From Verrucomicrobiota bacterium (GTDB taxonomy: Bacteria > Verrucomicrobiota > Verrucomicrobiia > Limisphaerales > SXTU01): DNA of 64,000 nucleotides. The notes under the pieces were generated by a model. It worked only from the letters and a program-made list of their open reading frames with translations. It was not told where the DNA came from and did not search any database. The DNA lies in contig JACRKB010000191.1 of the NCBI GenBank assembly GCA_016235545.1, positions 1,078-65,077 on the forward strand, given 5' to 3'. This document shows, one piece after another, positions 52,633-61,000 of the stretch; the first letter of the stretch is position 1; the number at the start of each line of letters is the position of its first letter. The translations under genes were made by a program, and so were the position numbers.

Positions 52633-53823
52633 ATGAGCCAGCCGAAGTTCACCATCCTGCTGCCGACCAAGAACCGGAGCTTCCTCGTCGGCGGAGCCAT
52701 TCGCAGTGTGCTGGCGCAAAGCTTCCCTGACTGGGAACTGATCGTGGCCGACAACGATGACACGTCCGCCACGCGGGAAGTGGTCGAGCCGTTCAAGGAT
52801 CCCCGGATCAAGTATCTTAAGACCGGCGGCCTGAGCATGCCGGACAACTGGGAGGCGGCCGTGCGCGGGGCCCGGGGCGATTTCGTCCTGTTTCTGGAAG
52901 ACAAGCAGGCGCTCAAGCGGCATGCCCTGGCCCGACTGGCCCAGGTTGCGGATGGCCCGCTCCAGCCCCGGTGCATTTCCTGGCCCTACGATGTGCTGGA
53001 TGAAGAGCATCGTGTGCCCGTGGTGAAACGGATGATCGGGTCGGGCCGCGTCACGAAGGTGCCCGCCCGCCAGTTGATTGATCTGTTCGTGCGCTGCCAG
53101 CGCTCCGCGTATCTCTACCTGTTTCCGCGCGGCATCAACTCGTGCGTGCATCGGGAGGTGCTGGGCCGCATCCGCAGCGGGCCGGTGGGCCGTGTCTGTC
53201 CGCCCGTGACCCCGGACTTCAACCTCGCGTTCCAAACCCTCGCGTTCGTCGAGCAAATCGTCCATGTGGAGGAATCGCTCGTGGTCTTCGGGGGCATGAG
53301 CCACAGCAATTCCCGCAGCTTCAAGCTCAAGCGTCCGCTGGCGGCGCAGTTTCTCAAAGAGCTGGGCGGAGACGAATCCATCTATTTCTGCCACCTGCCG
53401 GTGAAGGTGCCGGTCCTCAGCCTGCTGCTGTTCAACGACTACGCCTTCATGCGGCAGCGCTATCCGGAACGGTTCTCTGACTACCCGCTGGATCCGGTGG
53501 TGCTGCTGGAAGATTCCCACACTGAGATCGTTGCGCGCCGCAAGCTGGGCGTGGACATGAGCCATGAACAAACCGCTTGGGACACCGCCCTGGCGGAGCA
53601 GCCCACCGCGTTGGCCGCCGAGGTCCGGCGGCGGCTTGCCACCAAGCCGGCGGCTGACTTGCTTCAACTCGGAGCAAACTACTTCGTGAAGGCGATCCGC
53701 AGCACCAAGTTCAAAGACTTGGACAGCTACCTCGCCTACGACGCCGTGGCCCGCGTTTACTACGATCCGGTCTGGCAGGCGGCCCACCGCCTCAAACGTA
53801 TGCTGTCCCGCCGGCGCCGGTGA
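52633..53823 (+). CDS. Family 2 glycosyltransferase
   Basis: Start at ATG 52633. FTILLPTKNRSFLVGGAIRSVLAQSFPDWELIVADNDD and FLEDK (DxD-like). Confidence 0.8.
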   Translation: MSQPKFTILLPTKNRSFLVGGAIRSVLAQSFPDWELIVADNDDTSATREVVEPFKDPRIKYLKTGGLSMPDNWEAAVRGARGDFVLFLEDKQALKRHALARLAQVADGPLQPRCISWPYDVLDEEHRVPVVKRMIGSGRVTKVPARQLIDLFVRCQRSAYLYLFPRGINSCVHREVLGRIRSGPVGRVCPPVTPDFNLAFQTLAFVEQIVHVEESLVVFGGMSHSNSRSFKLKRPLAAQFLKELGGDESIYFCHLPVKVPVLSLLLFNDYAFMRQRYPERFSDYPLDPVVLLEDSHTEIVARRKLGVDMSHEQTAWDTALAEQPTALAAEVRRRLATKPAADLLQLGANYFVKAIRSTKFKDLDSYLAYDAVARVYYDPVWQAAHRLKRMLSRRRR

Positions 53824-53838
53824 CGGACTGGCGCCGGG

Positions 53839-54735
53839 TCAATCGCTGGCCCCCGACCGTCGGAGCCACCGCGTGTAGAGCTTGTAGAGCTGCCGCCGCC
53901 AGAACGCCGGCCGGATGCCGGGATAATGCCGGAGCAGCTTCGGCAACACCTGCAACTGGAACCGGCCCAGCGGGAGCTTGTGCCACACCAGCCGGTTGCA
54001 GCCCTCCAGCACGAGCGTGCCGTCGTAGAGCTGGAAGAGCGTGAGCCGATACTTCGAGTCGTCCCGCATAGCGGCCGGAGAGTTGTCCGGGATGTTGAAA
54101 CGCGCGTAGTCCTGCGCCGCCACGTAGATCGCGTTCTTGTCCGTGATGCAGATGAGTTCGTAGCCCTTGGCTTTCCCCAGCCGGGTCAGGGCGGCCAGCG
54201 AATTGCCCTGGTTGAGGCTAATGTCCTTGGGTTGCACGAAATCAATCGTGTCGGGAATCGCCGGGTTGAACTCGATGATCACCACCCGGGGGCGGCAGCG
54301 GACGACGGAGTCCCAGAAGTGGTAATCGTTCCCGTCCACGTCAATCGAGAGCAAAGCGAAATCCTCCGGGATCGGCGTGCGGGCCAGGATGCTGTCCAAC
54401 GAACCGGGCCCGGTAAACTGGACATACTCGTTGAAGCTGTGGACGCGTGGCGTGTCCCGAAACCGGGCCAGCAAGTCCTGAAAGCGTGCGGTGTCCGCCT
54501 CGATATAGACCCCGGACCAGCCGTGATTCACCACCAGGTTCCAGGTGTTGCTCAAGTGCTTGCCGTCCCACGCGCCAAACTCAACTGCCCAGCCTTTTTC
54601 GACGCCCAAGACCGAGAAGATCTTTTCCAGCACGCCGTCTTCCCCCGCCTTGGAGGCCTCGTTCCGGGCATGGTTCATCAGCCAGTTGTTTTTCGCGCGC
54701 GGGTCGGCGGGGCTGCTCTGCGTTGGTTCAGACAT
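53839..54735 (-). CDS. Methyltransferase-like protein (FkbM-like, tentative)
   Basis: 298 aa. GVLEKIFSVLGVEKGWAVEFGAWDGKHLSNT and LLSIDVDGNDYHFW. Family assignment is tentative. Confidence 0.5.
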   Translation of the reverse strand: MSEPTQSSPADPRAKNNWLMNHARNEASKAGEDGVLEKIFSVLGVEKGWAVEFGAWDGKHLSNTWNLVVNHGWSGVYIEADTARFQDLLARFRDTPRVHSFNEYVQFTGPGSLDSILARTPIPEDFALLSIDVDGNDYHFWDSVVRCRPRVVIIEFNPAIPDTIDFVQPKDISLNQGNSLAALTRLGKAKGYELICITDKNAIYVAAQDYARFNIPDNSPAAMRDDSKYRLTLFQLYDGTLVLEGCNRLVWHKLPLGRFQLQVLPKLLRHYPGIRPAFWRRQLYKLYTRWLRRSGASD

Positions 54736-54748
54736 GGGGCAAGTCTGG

Positions 54749-55459
54749 TTAATTGGCGGGGGCCACGCAAGCCGCCGTCGGCTTCCGCGCGAGAAAGAGC
54801 GCGCGCTTCATCCGTTGGTGCAAGCGCGGCCAGACTGCCAGCGCGAGCTTCTCACCGAGCCGGAGAATCCCGCCGCCGAAGTAAAGATTCTCGCCGCCCC
54901 GGATGCGCTGCAGCTCGAAGCCCGCCTCCTTCAGGAAGCCACTCACCTCCGCGACCGGATACCAATGATCGTCCACCGGCTGGTAGCGGCGGCGGCGCGT
55001 ATTGTATTCCTCGTAGCGAAACCAGTCACGGTTCGGCACGGTCATCAGGAGCCAGCCGCCGGGCTTCAGAATGCGCCCGACCCCGCGCAGCGCAGTGACG
55101 GGCTGACCGAGGTGTTCCAGCACCTCGGTCATCACCACGCCGTCAAACTGGTCGTCCTTGAAAGCCAAGTTCTCCGCGTCGCCGGTGATGACTTGCGCGC
55201 CGGGCACGTTCTGCCTCGCGATCTCGACCAGCTTCGGTGAAATGTCCAGGCCGTGCAGTTCCGCCTGCGGCAGCGCGGCGCGAAACTCCGCCAGCAACCG
55301 GCCCTGTCCGCACCCGACATCCAGCAGCACGCTGCTCGGCGCAAGTCGCGGCGCGAGCAACCGGCGGCAGAGCCGGTAGAACTTCGGCGACATCGCCAGC
55401 TTGTCGGCGATCTGATCGTAGCCGGCGGCAATCTCGGTTTTTGAAAGCGGTTCGGCCAT
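54749..55459 (-). CDS. Class I SAM-dependent methyltransferase
   Basis: 236 aa. SAM motif VLLDVGCGQGRLL and post-I acidic residue GLDISP. Confidence 0.8.
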   Translation of the reverse strand: MAEPLSKTEIAAGYDQIADKLAMSPKFYRLCRRLLAPRLAPSSVLLDVGCGQGRLLAEFRAALPQAELHGLDISPKLVEIARQNVPGAQVITGDAENLAFKDDQFDGVVMTEVLEHLGQPVTALRGVGRILKPGGWLLMTVPNRDWFRYEEYNTRRRRYQPVDDHWYPVAEVSGFLKEAGFELQRIRGGENLYFGGGILRLGEKLALAVWPRLHQRMKRALFLARKPTAACVAPAN

Positions 55460-55468
55460 GGTCGCAGC

Positions 55469-56698
55469 TCAGTTGGCGGGCGTGGCGGCCTTCGTGTAGT
55501 GCAGGCGCTTCTGGATGTAGGGAGTCAATCGCGCGACCTGCCGGGCAATCGCCCTGGCCACGCCAGGCTGGCCGTAGATAGTGGAGGCCGCGTAACGCCC
55601 GCGCGCCAGTTGCGCCCGCACTGCCGCCTCGATCTCCGCCGCGTGCGGTTCCACCCGCCGGACGGACGGCGACCACTCGCGTCCATCCTGTCGCGAGCCG
55701 ACCAACACCACTGGAGTGCCGAGGAAGGAAGTTTCCCGCACGAAGGAGGACGAGTTGCCGATGCAGCACGCCGCGTTCTTCAGCAGCGGCAGATAGACTT
55801 CCGGCTCCAGGTTCTTGTAGGCGTGCAGCGGAAAGTCGTGGTGAAACTCGCGGAAGCGCCGGATGGCCTTCGAGATGCGGTCGGCCCCAGCGTCAATGTT
55901 CGGCCAGAGCAACACCGTCTGCGTGCCGAGCTTCTCCACGACGGTAAGCACCTCCTTCATCTGGTCCTCCTGGTGGCCGTAGTCGGTCGTCACTGGATGG
56001 AAGAGCGCCAGCAGAAATGGCTTCGCGAAATCAATTGGCATCCCCACGCCGTAGCGGGCGAGCACGTCGGCGGGCAGCTGCTTTGTCGCCTCGGCCACCA
56101 CGTCGCAGCACGGGCAGCCCAGCGGGAATACCGTGGCGGGATCCTCGCCCATCGCCACGATGTATTCGCCCGCGCGCCTCGTCGCCGGGAAGTGGTAATG
56201 GGCCAGTTTCGTGATGGCGTGGCGGGTGGACTCGTCAATCGAGCCGGACACCTCGCCGCCTTGCAGATGGATGAGGCAAAAGTTCTGGTAAACTGCCGCC
56301 ACCGTCGCCGCCAGCGCCTCGTAGCGGTCGCCGATCACCAGCACGAAGTCCGGCTTGAGCCGCTGAAACTCCGACGCGAACTCGATCACGCCCAAGCCGA
56401 TGCCCTTGGTCATGGTGATCGGCACCGAGCCTTCGACTTCGAGGTAGATTTCCGATGCGATGGGGAAACCGTCCTTCTCGACCACATCGCGCGCGCGACC
56501 GAAGCGCTCCAGCAGCATGGTGCCCGCGCAGACCACCTGCAATTCCACCTCCCCTTGCCGTTGCAGCTCCTGCATCACCGGACGGAGGCGCGCATAATTG
56601 GCGCGGTCCACCAGCACAACGGCGATTTTTTTCTTGGTCACGCGGGCAGGATGATAATCTGGCGGCGGCGGGGCGGGCAATGGGGAAACCCGAATCAC
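55469..56698 (-). CDS. neuC: UDP-N-acetylglucosamine 2-epimerase, hydrolysing (NeuC/LegG type)
   Basis: GTG start in GTGA overlap with the neuA stop. DRYEALAATVAA and HLQGGEVSGSIDESTRHAITKLAHYHF match the NeuC signature. Confidence 0.85.
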   Translation of the reverse strand: MIRVSPLPAPPPPDYHPARVTKKKIAVVLVDRANYARLRPVMQELQRQGEVELQVVCAGTMLLERFGRARDVVEKDGFPIASEIYLEVEGSVPITMTKGIGLGVIEFASEFQRLKPDFVLVIGDRYEALAATVAAVYQNFCLIHLQGGEVSGSIDESTRHAITKLAHYHFPATRRAGEYIVAMGEDPATVFPLGCPCCDVVAEATKQLPADVLARYGVGMPIDFAKPFLLALFHPVTTDYGHQEDQMKEVLTVVEKLGTQTVLLWPNIDAGADRISKAIRRFREFHHDFPLHAYKNLEPEVYLPLLKNAACCIGNSSSFVRETSFLGTPVVLVGSRQDGREWSPSVRRVEPHAAEIEAAVRAQLARGRYAASTIYGQPGVARAIARQVARLTPYIQKRLHYTKAATPAN

Positions 56699-57408
56699 CA
56701 GCCCTTCACATCCGCGAGGAACCGGGCGAACTCCAGGTCCAGTGACTCATCAATGTTCACCAGCTCGCGCTCCACCAGCAGCCCGCGCGTGTTCTCGGTG
56801 AAGATCACCTGCCGCTCCAGCAGGCAGGCGCGCGCGAGGGCGTAGCACGCGCCGTTGCGGAAGTAGAGCGGGCGCAGCGACTGCCGCTGCTTCACGGCCG
56901 CGCCCGCCGGGTCGTAGAAATCCAGCCGTCCTTCGTCCAGCACCAGCACCTTGTGCGGGTGAAACTTCGTGTCCACCCGCGAGACCGTCACGACCGAGTC
57001 CGCGCCGGACTCCGTCAGCAACTTCGCCGCGCCAGTCACGTCTTCCGCCCGGCGGAACGGGCAGGTCGGCTCCACGATGAGCACGATGTCGTAGCGCACG
57101 GAATCGTGCTGCTCGGCGGCACGCAGCGCATGAACCAGCGTCTCCACGGCGCCCGCCGTGTCCGTGCTCAACTCCGGCGGGCGCAGGAAGGGCGCGGCCA
57201 GCCCGTGCGCCTCCGCCTCCGCCGCGTAGGCGGGTGCGTCGGTCGAGATGATGGCACGGTCAATCCACGCGCACTCCGGCGAGCGCAGCAGCCGCGCGGC
57301 CCGGGCGATGAGCGAATAGCCCCCAAGCTGCTGAAGGTTCTTGTCTTGGATGCCCTTGCTCCCGCTGCGGGCGGGCACGACGGCAAGCACTCGTTGGTTG
57401 GCAATCAT
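56695..57408 (-). CDS. neuA: Acylneuraminate (nonulosonate) cytidylyltransferase
   Basis: Start at ATG 57406-57408, in ATGA overlap with the upstream stop. VLAVVPARSGSKGIQDKNL is the CTP_transf_3 signature. Confidence 0.85.
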   Translation of the reverse strand: MIANQRVLAVVPARSGSKGIQDKNLQQLGGYSLIARAARLLRSPECAWIDRAIISTDAPAYAAEAEAHGLAAPFLRPPELSTDTAGAVETLVHALRAAEQHDSVRYDIVLIVEPTCPFRRAEDVTGAAKLLTESGADSVVTVSRVDTKFHPHKVLVLDEGRLDFYDPAGAAVKQRQSLRPLYFRNGACYALARACLLERQVIFTENTRGLLVERELVNIDESLDLEFARFLADVKGW

Positions 57409-58403
57409 GGTGTGAGCAGCACGGCGCGACCACTGGTGGAACTTTCGCGGCACGCATCCACGACTTGCAACGCGCGAATCCCGTCGGCCACCGAGCACGT
57501 GAGCGGCGCCGCCGAAGTGCCGCGCACCCGCGCCAGAAGCTCCTTCGCCGCCCCGACGAACATCTCATTCCGCTCGCACGTAAACGTCTCGCGCTGCCAG
57601 TTCGCCGCGCCCTCGCGGCAGAGCTTGATGGCGTTCTCCTCATACACGTAGGCGAGCGTGCCGCCCTCGCCCATCGCCGTGATGCTGCGCTCGTGCGGGC
57701 GGCCCAGCAGGTCCAGGTGCAGGTTCACGCGCAGGCCGGACGCGTAGCTGACGAGGATGTCCACGTTGTCGTCCGCGCTGATTTCGAGGGAGGAAATCTT
57801 TTCGACCTGCGCATAGACCTTCGCCGGCCAGCCCGCGATCCACAGCATCAGGTCAATGAAATGGCTCTCGTCCAGCAGCGCGCCGCCGCCTTGCTCGCGG
57901 TTCGCCATGAAGAAATCCTGGTAGCGCTCCCACGGATGCCAGTCCGCCAGGTGCGCGCTCATCACGAAGCGCAGTGTGTGCAACGCGCCGATCTCGCCCG
58001 CCTGCAACCGCTCGCGAAACCGGCCCAGCGGCGGCCACCAGCGATACGTGTAGCCAAGCAGCACGCGGCCCGCGACCGGCTCCAGCCGCCGCGCCGCGGC
58101 GCCGGTGACGGACAAGGGCTTCTCACAAAGAATCCAGCGCTCGTGCCGCGACGCGATGGCCAGCACTTGGTCCACGTGAAAGACCGGCGGCGACGCGATG
58201 ACGAAGCCGTCGTAGCCGTGCGCGCCCAGCGCGACGTCCACTTTCGTGTGCGTGGAAAACAGCGGGCCTTCCGTCGCCGCCTCGCCCAGCCGGTCTTCGC
58301 GTGGGTCGAAGGCGCTGACGCGGCAGCCGAGCGCGCGGAGGTTGCGCGAGTGGCGCTTGCCGGCAGAACCGGCTCCGAGCACGAGAATATGTGGTGAGTC
58401 CAT
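57405..58403 (-). CDS. Gfo/Idh/MocA-family oxidoreductase
   Basis: Start at ATG 58401-58403. ILVLGAGSAGKRHSRNL Rossmann motif and the EKP motif in ILCEKPLS. Confidence 0.8.
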   Translation of the reverse strand: MDSPHILVLGAGSAGKRHSRNLRALGCRVSAFDPREDRLGEAATEGPLFSTHTKVDVALGAHGYDGFVIASPPVFHVDQVLAIASRHERWILCEKPLSVTGAAARRLEPVAGRVLLGYTYRWWPPLGRFRERLQAGEIGALHTLRFVMSAHLADWHPWERYQDFFMANREQGGGALLDESHFIDLMLWIAGWPAKVYAQVEKISSLEISADDNVDILVSYASGLRVNLHLDLLGRPHERSITAMGEGGTLAYVYEENAIKLCREGAANWQRETFTCERNEMFVGAAKELLARVRGTSAAPLTCSVADGIRALQVVDACRESSTSGRAVLLTP

Positions 58404-59956
58404 CAGCGGAGAAGTTCGGTTTGCTGGTTGTAAGCGTCGGCGTCCAACACGCATTCCAACAGCGCCGGGCCGGGCTGGCGCGACCACGCTTCGAGCCAGC
58501 GGGTGAACTCGCCTTCGTTCGTGACACGACCGCTGGCGAGGCCCATCCGTTCCGCCACGGCGGGAAAGTTCCGCTCGGCCATCACGAGCGGCGCGCGCGT
58601 CCAGCCCTGCGACTCCGCGCGTCCGCGCACGCTGCCGAACCAGCCGTCGCGCATCACGAGCACCAGCAGCGGCCAACGCCTCTCGGCGGCAAGGCTTAGT
58701 TCGCTGAAGAACGCGCGCAGCCCGCCATCGCCAATCCACAGCACGACCGGCTGCCGGCCCGCCACCGCCGCCGCGCCCAGCGCGTAGCCGATGCCCAGCC
58801 CGAGGTAGCGCCCGTTCGGCGTGCCGAGGATTTGCCGCTCGTGCCGTGCACGCAGGCAATGCTCGCCCACCACCGTGAAGTTACCGGTGTCGAGCACATG
58901 GGTCGCGTCGGGCAGCACCGTCTGCGCGACCTGTAAGAGCCGCGCCGTGGCCCACGGCCAGCGGTCGAGAGCGCGCTGCAATTCGGCGTGCGCCTTTGCG
59001 ACCAAGTCCGCGCCCCACTCGTGCTTCGCCAGTTCGGCCAGCACCTCGGCGATGGTTGCAGGGGAAAGAAAGCTGCGCGTGGGACCGGGTTGCAGCGGCG
59101 GAAAGACGGCGCGGCCCCGCACTTCGGCAGTCTCAACCCAGAGCGTGCGCGCGTGCGGTGCGGCTGGATTCAGTATCTCACCGGGCCGGACGCCGAGCAT
59201 GAGCACGAGATCAGCCTGCGGAAGCAGGTTCTTCTCCGGCGTCGCAGGCTTGCCGTCGCCAGTGTAGATGCCGGCGGCGAACGTGCCGTCCTCCGCAAGC
59301 ACGCCCTTCGCGGCGGGCGTGGTGAAGACGGGCACCCGCAGCGCGCCGAGCTGCCCCCGCCACGCCGCGCGCAACCCCAGCGAGCCGACCACGAGCGCGG
59401 GCCGTTGCGCCGCGCGGAGGGCGGCGATGATTTCCGCCGGGTCGTCCGCCGGCGTGGATGGCAACGGCGCGTTGGGCAGCGCGCCGCTTTCAACAAGGTC
59501 CACCTGCACCGGCCCCGGAAACTCGGTGCGAGCTTCCGTCAGGCACGACTCGAAAAAGCCAGGTGACGGCGAAAAGGCGCGGCAGCTCTTGAGGAACTCG
59601 CCCGCCAGCCGCGCGTGGTCGAGCCACTTGTGGCGGCGGGGGCCGGGCTTCGCCGTGTCATACGCCTCGGAGATGGAGAGCATCGGCAAGCCCTCGTAGG
59701 CATTGGCAAGCAGGCCGGGCGCGAGGTTGGCGAAGCCGGGGCCTTTGACGGTGACGGCCAGCGAAGGCGCTCCGGTTTGCCGGGCAACCGCTCCGGCCAT
59801 GAGCGCGGCGGTGGTTTTGTGGCCGGTGGTGATGAACTGCGCGCCTTGCTTCGACAGCGCGTCCACGAGCGCGAGGCTCGGTCCGCCGCCCGGCACGCCA
59901 AAAGCGAACTTGCCGCCCTGCCGCGCGAACGCCTCGCTGAACGCGGTGAAGTTCAT
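58403..59956 (-). CDS. Thiamine-diphosphate-dependent enzyme (acetolactate-synthase-like)
   Basis: 517 aa. FGVPGGGPSLALVDAL, TVKGPGFANL, and ThDP motif WIGDGGLRAF...VMRDGWFG. ATGA overlap with the upstream dehydrogenase stop. Confidence 0.8.
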   Translation of the reverse strand: MNFTAFSEAFARQGGKFAFGVPGGGPSLALVDALSKQGAQFITTGHKTTAALMAGAVARQTGAPSLAVTVKGPGFANLAPGLLANAYEGLPMLSISEAYDTAKPGPRRHKWLDHARLAGEFLKSCRAFSPSPGFFESCLTEARTEFPGPVQVDLVESGALPNAPLPSTPADDPAEIIAALRAAQRPALVVGSLGLRAAWRGQLGALRVPVFTTPAAKGVLAEDGTFAAGIYTGDGKPATPEKNLLPQADLVLMLGVRPGEILNPAAPHARTLWVETAEVRGRAVFPPLQPGPTRSFLSPATIAEVLAELAKHEWGADLVAKAHAELQRALDRWPWATARLLQVAQTVLPDATHVLDTGNFTVVGEHCLRARHERQILGTPNGRYLGLGIGYALGAAAVAGRQPVVLWIGDGGLRAFFSELSLAAERRWPLLVLVMRDGWFGSVRGRAESQGWTRAPLVMAERNFPAVAERMGLASGRVTNEGEFTRWLEAWSRQPGPALLECVLDADAYNQQTELLR

Positions 59957-60897
59957 GCGGCGGCCTTGGCGAAATGCTCCCGAACGCGCGCGGCGGTGTG
60001 TCGCAGCACGCTGGCCAGCGCGTCCGGGCTGAAGCCGCCAATGTGCGGGGTGATGGTGACGTTGTCGTGCGTCTGGGCGTATTGCCAGAGGCGGCTGTCG
60101 CGGATGTCGGGCTCACCTTCAAGCACGTCCACGCCGAGAGCGGCAGGCTTGCCGGCGGCGAGGCCGGCGAGCAGTGCCGACTCATCCACGATGGCACCGC
60201 GTGAGGTGTTGATGAGCGCGGCGCCGTCCTTCATCAACGCGAGTTCCTTCGCGCCGAGCAGCCCGCGCGTGGCGCCGGAGAAATGCACATGGATGCTGAC
60301 GAAGTCCGCGCTCGAAAGAAGTTCCGGCAGGCCGACCGCCCTCACCTCGACGGGAAACTCGCTCAAGAAGGGGTCATGCCCAATCACCGTCATGTCGAAC
60401 GCGCGGGCATAGCGCGCCATCCAGCCCCCGATGCGCCCACAGCCAATGAGGCCGAGCGTGCGCCCGCGCAGCATCGTGCCGGGGAACAACTCGCGATCCC
60501 AGCCGCCTTGCTCGACGTGCCGCAGCGCGGCGCGCAACCGGCGCGCGCAAGCCAGCAGCAGCAGCCAGCTCAACTCCGCTGCGGGCGTGATGCCGCGCAG
60601 GAATTCGCGCTCCGTCTTGAGCGTGAGCAATGGAATTCCGCGCTCCGCCAGCGCTGCGGAATCAATGTGGTCGGCCCCGGTGGTCGCGGTGATGACGAGC
60701 CGAAGCCCCGGCGCAGCATCAAGCAACGCACGGTCCAGCCGCACCTTCATCGAGGCGTCGAACACCACGGCGGCATCGCGCATCTCCTTGAGCACCGTGT
60801 CGCGCTCGGCGCGGACGTGTTGCACGGAGAAGCCACCGCCCAATTCGTCCGCCACGGTCTGCCGACCAGCCTCAGGGCCTAGATAGAGAACTTTCAC
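59953..60897 (-). CDS. D-isomer-specific 2-hydroxyacid dehydrogenase (PGDH-like)
   Basis: Start placed at GTG 60895-60897 (VKVLYLGPE). GLIGCGRIGGWMARYA NAD motif, NTSRGAIVDE and TPHIGG. Confidence 0.8.
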   Translation of the reverse strand: MKVLYLGPEAGRQTVADELGGGFSVQHVRAERDTVLKEMRDAAVVFDASMKVRLDRALLDAAPGLRLVITATTGADHIDSAALAERGIPLLTLKTEREFLRGITPAAELSWLLLLACARRLRAALRHVEQGGWDRELFPGTMLRGRTLGLIGCGRIGGWMARYARAFDMTVIGHDPFLSEFPVEVRAVGLPELLSSADFVSIHVHFSGATRGLLGAKELALMKDGAALINTSRGAIVDESALLAGLAAGKPAALGVDVLEGEPDIRDSRLWQYAQTHDNVTITPHIGGFSPDALASVLRHTAARVREHFAKAAA

Positions 60898-60958
60898 GCG
60901 AAGTGCGCGAAGCGTAGCGAATCGCTGCGAAGGCCAGCAACGGAAAAGCCCCGGCGGC

Positions 60959-61000
60959 GGGAAAGTGATTCGTCCGCCGGCCGACCGCCCACTAATCACT
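60959..61000. repeat. Family-D related low-GC hairpin (GGGAAAGTGATT ... ACTAATCACT)
   Basis: AGTGATT (60964-60970) pairs with AATCACT (60994-61000). The sequence resembles the arms at 28741 and 28913, and it overlaps the TAG stop of the methyltransferase gene. Confidence 0.55.

Noticed and set aside
58403-59956. Phosphonate (phosphonopyruvate decarboxylase) pathway for the ThDP enzyme plus cytidylyltransferase
   Set aside because: No PEP mutase or AEP transaminase is recognisable in the window. At 517 aa the protein has acetolactate-synthase-like length and motifs rather than the shorter Ppd type.
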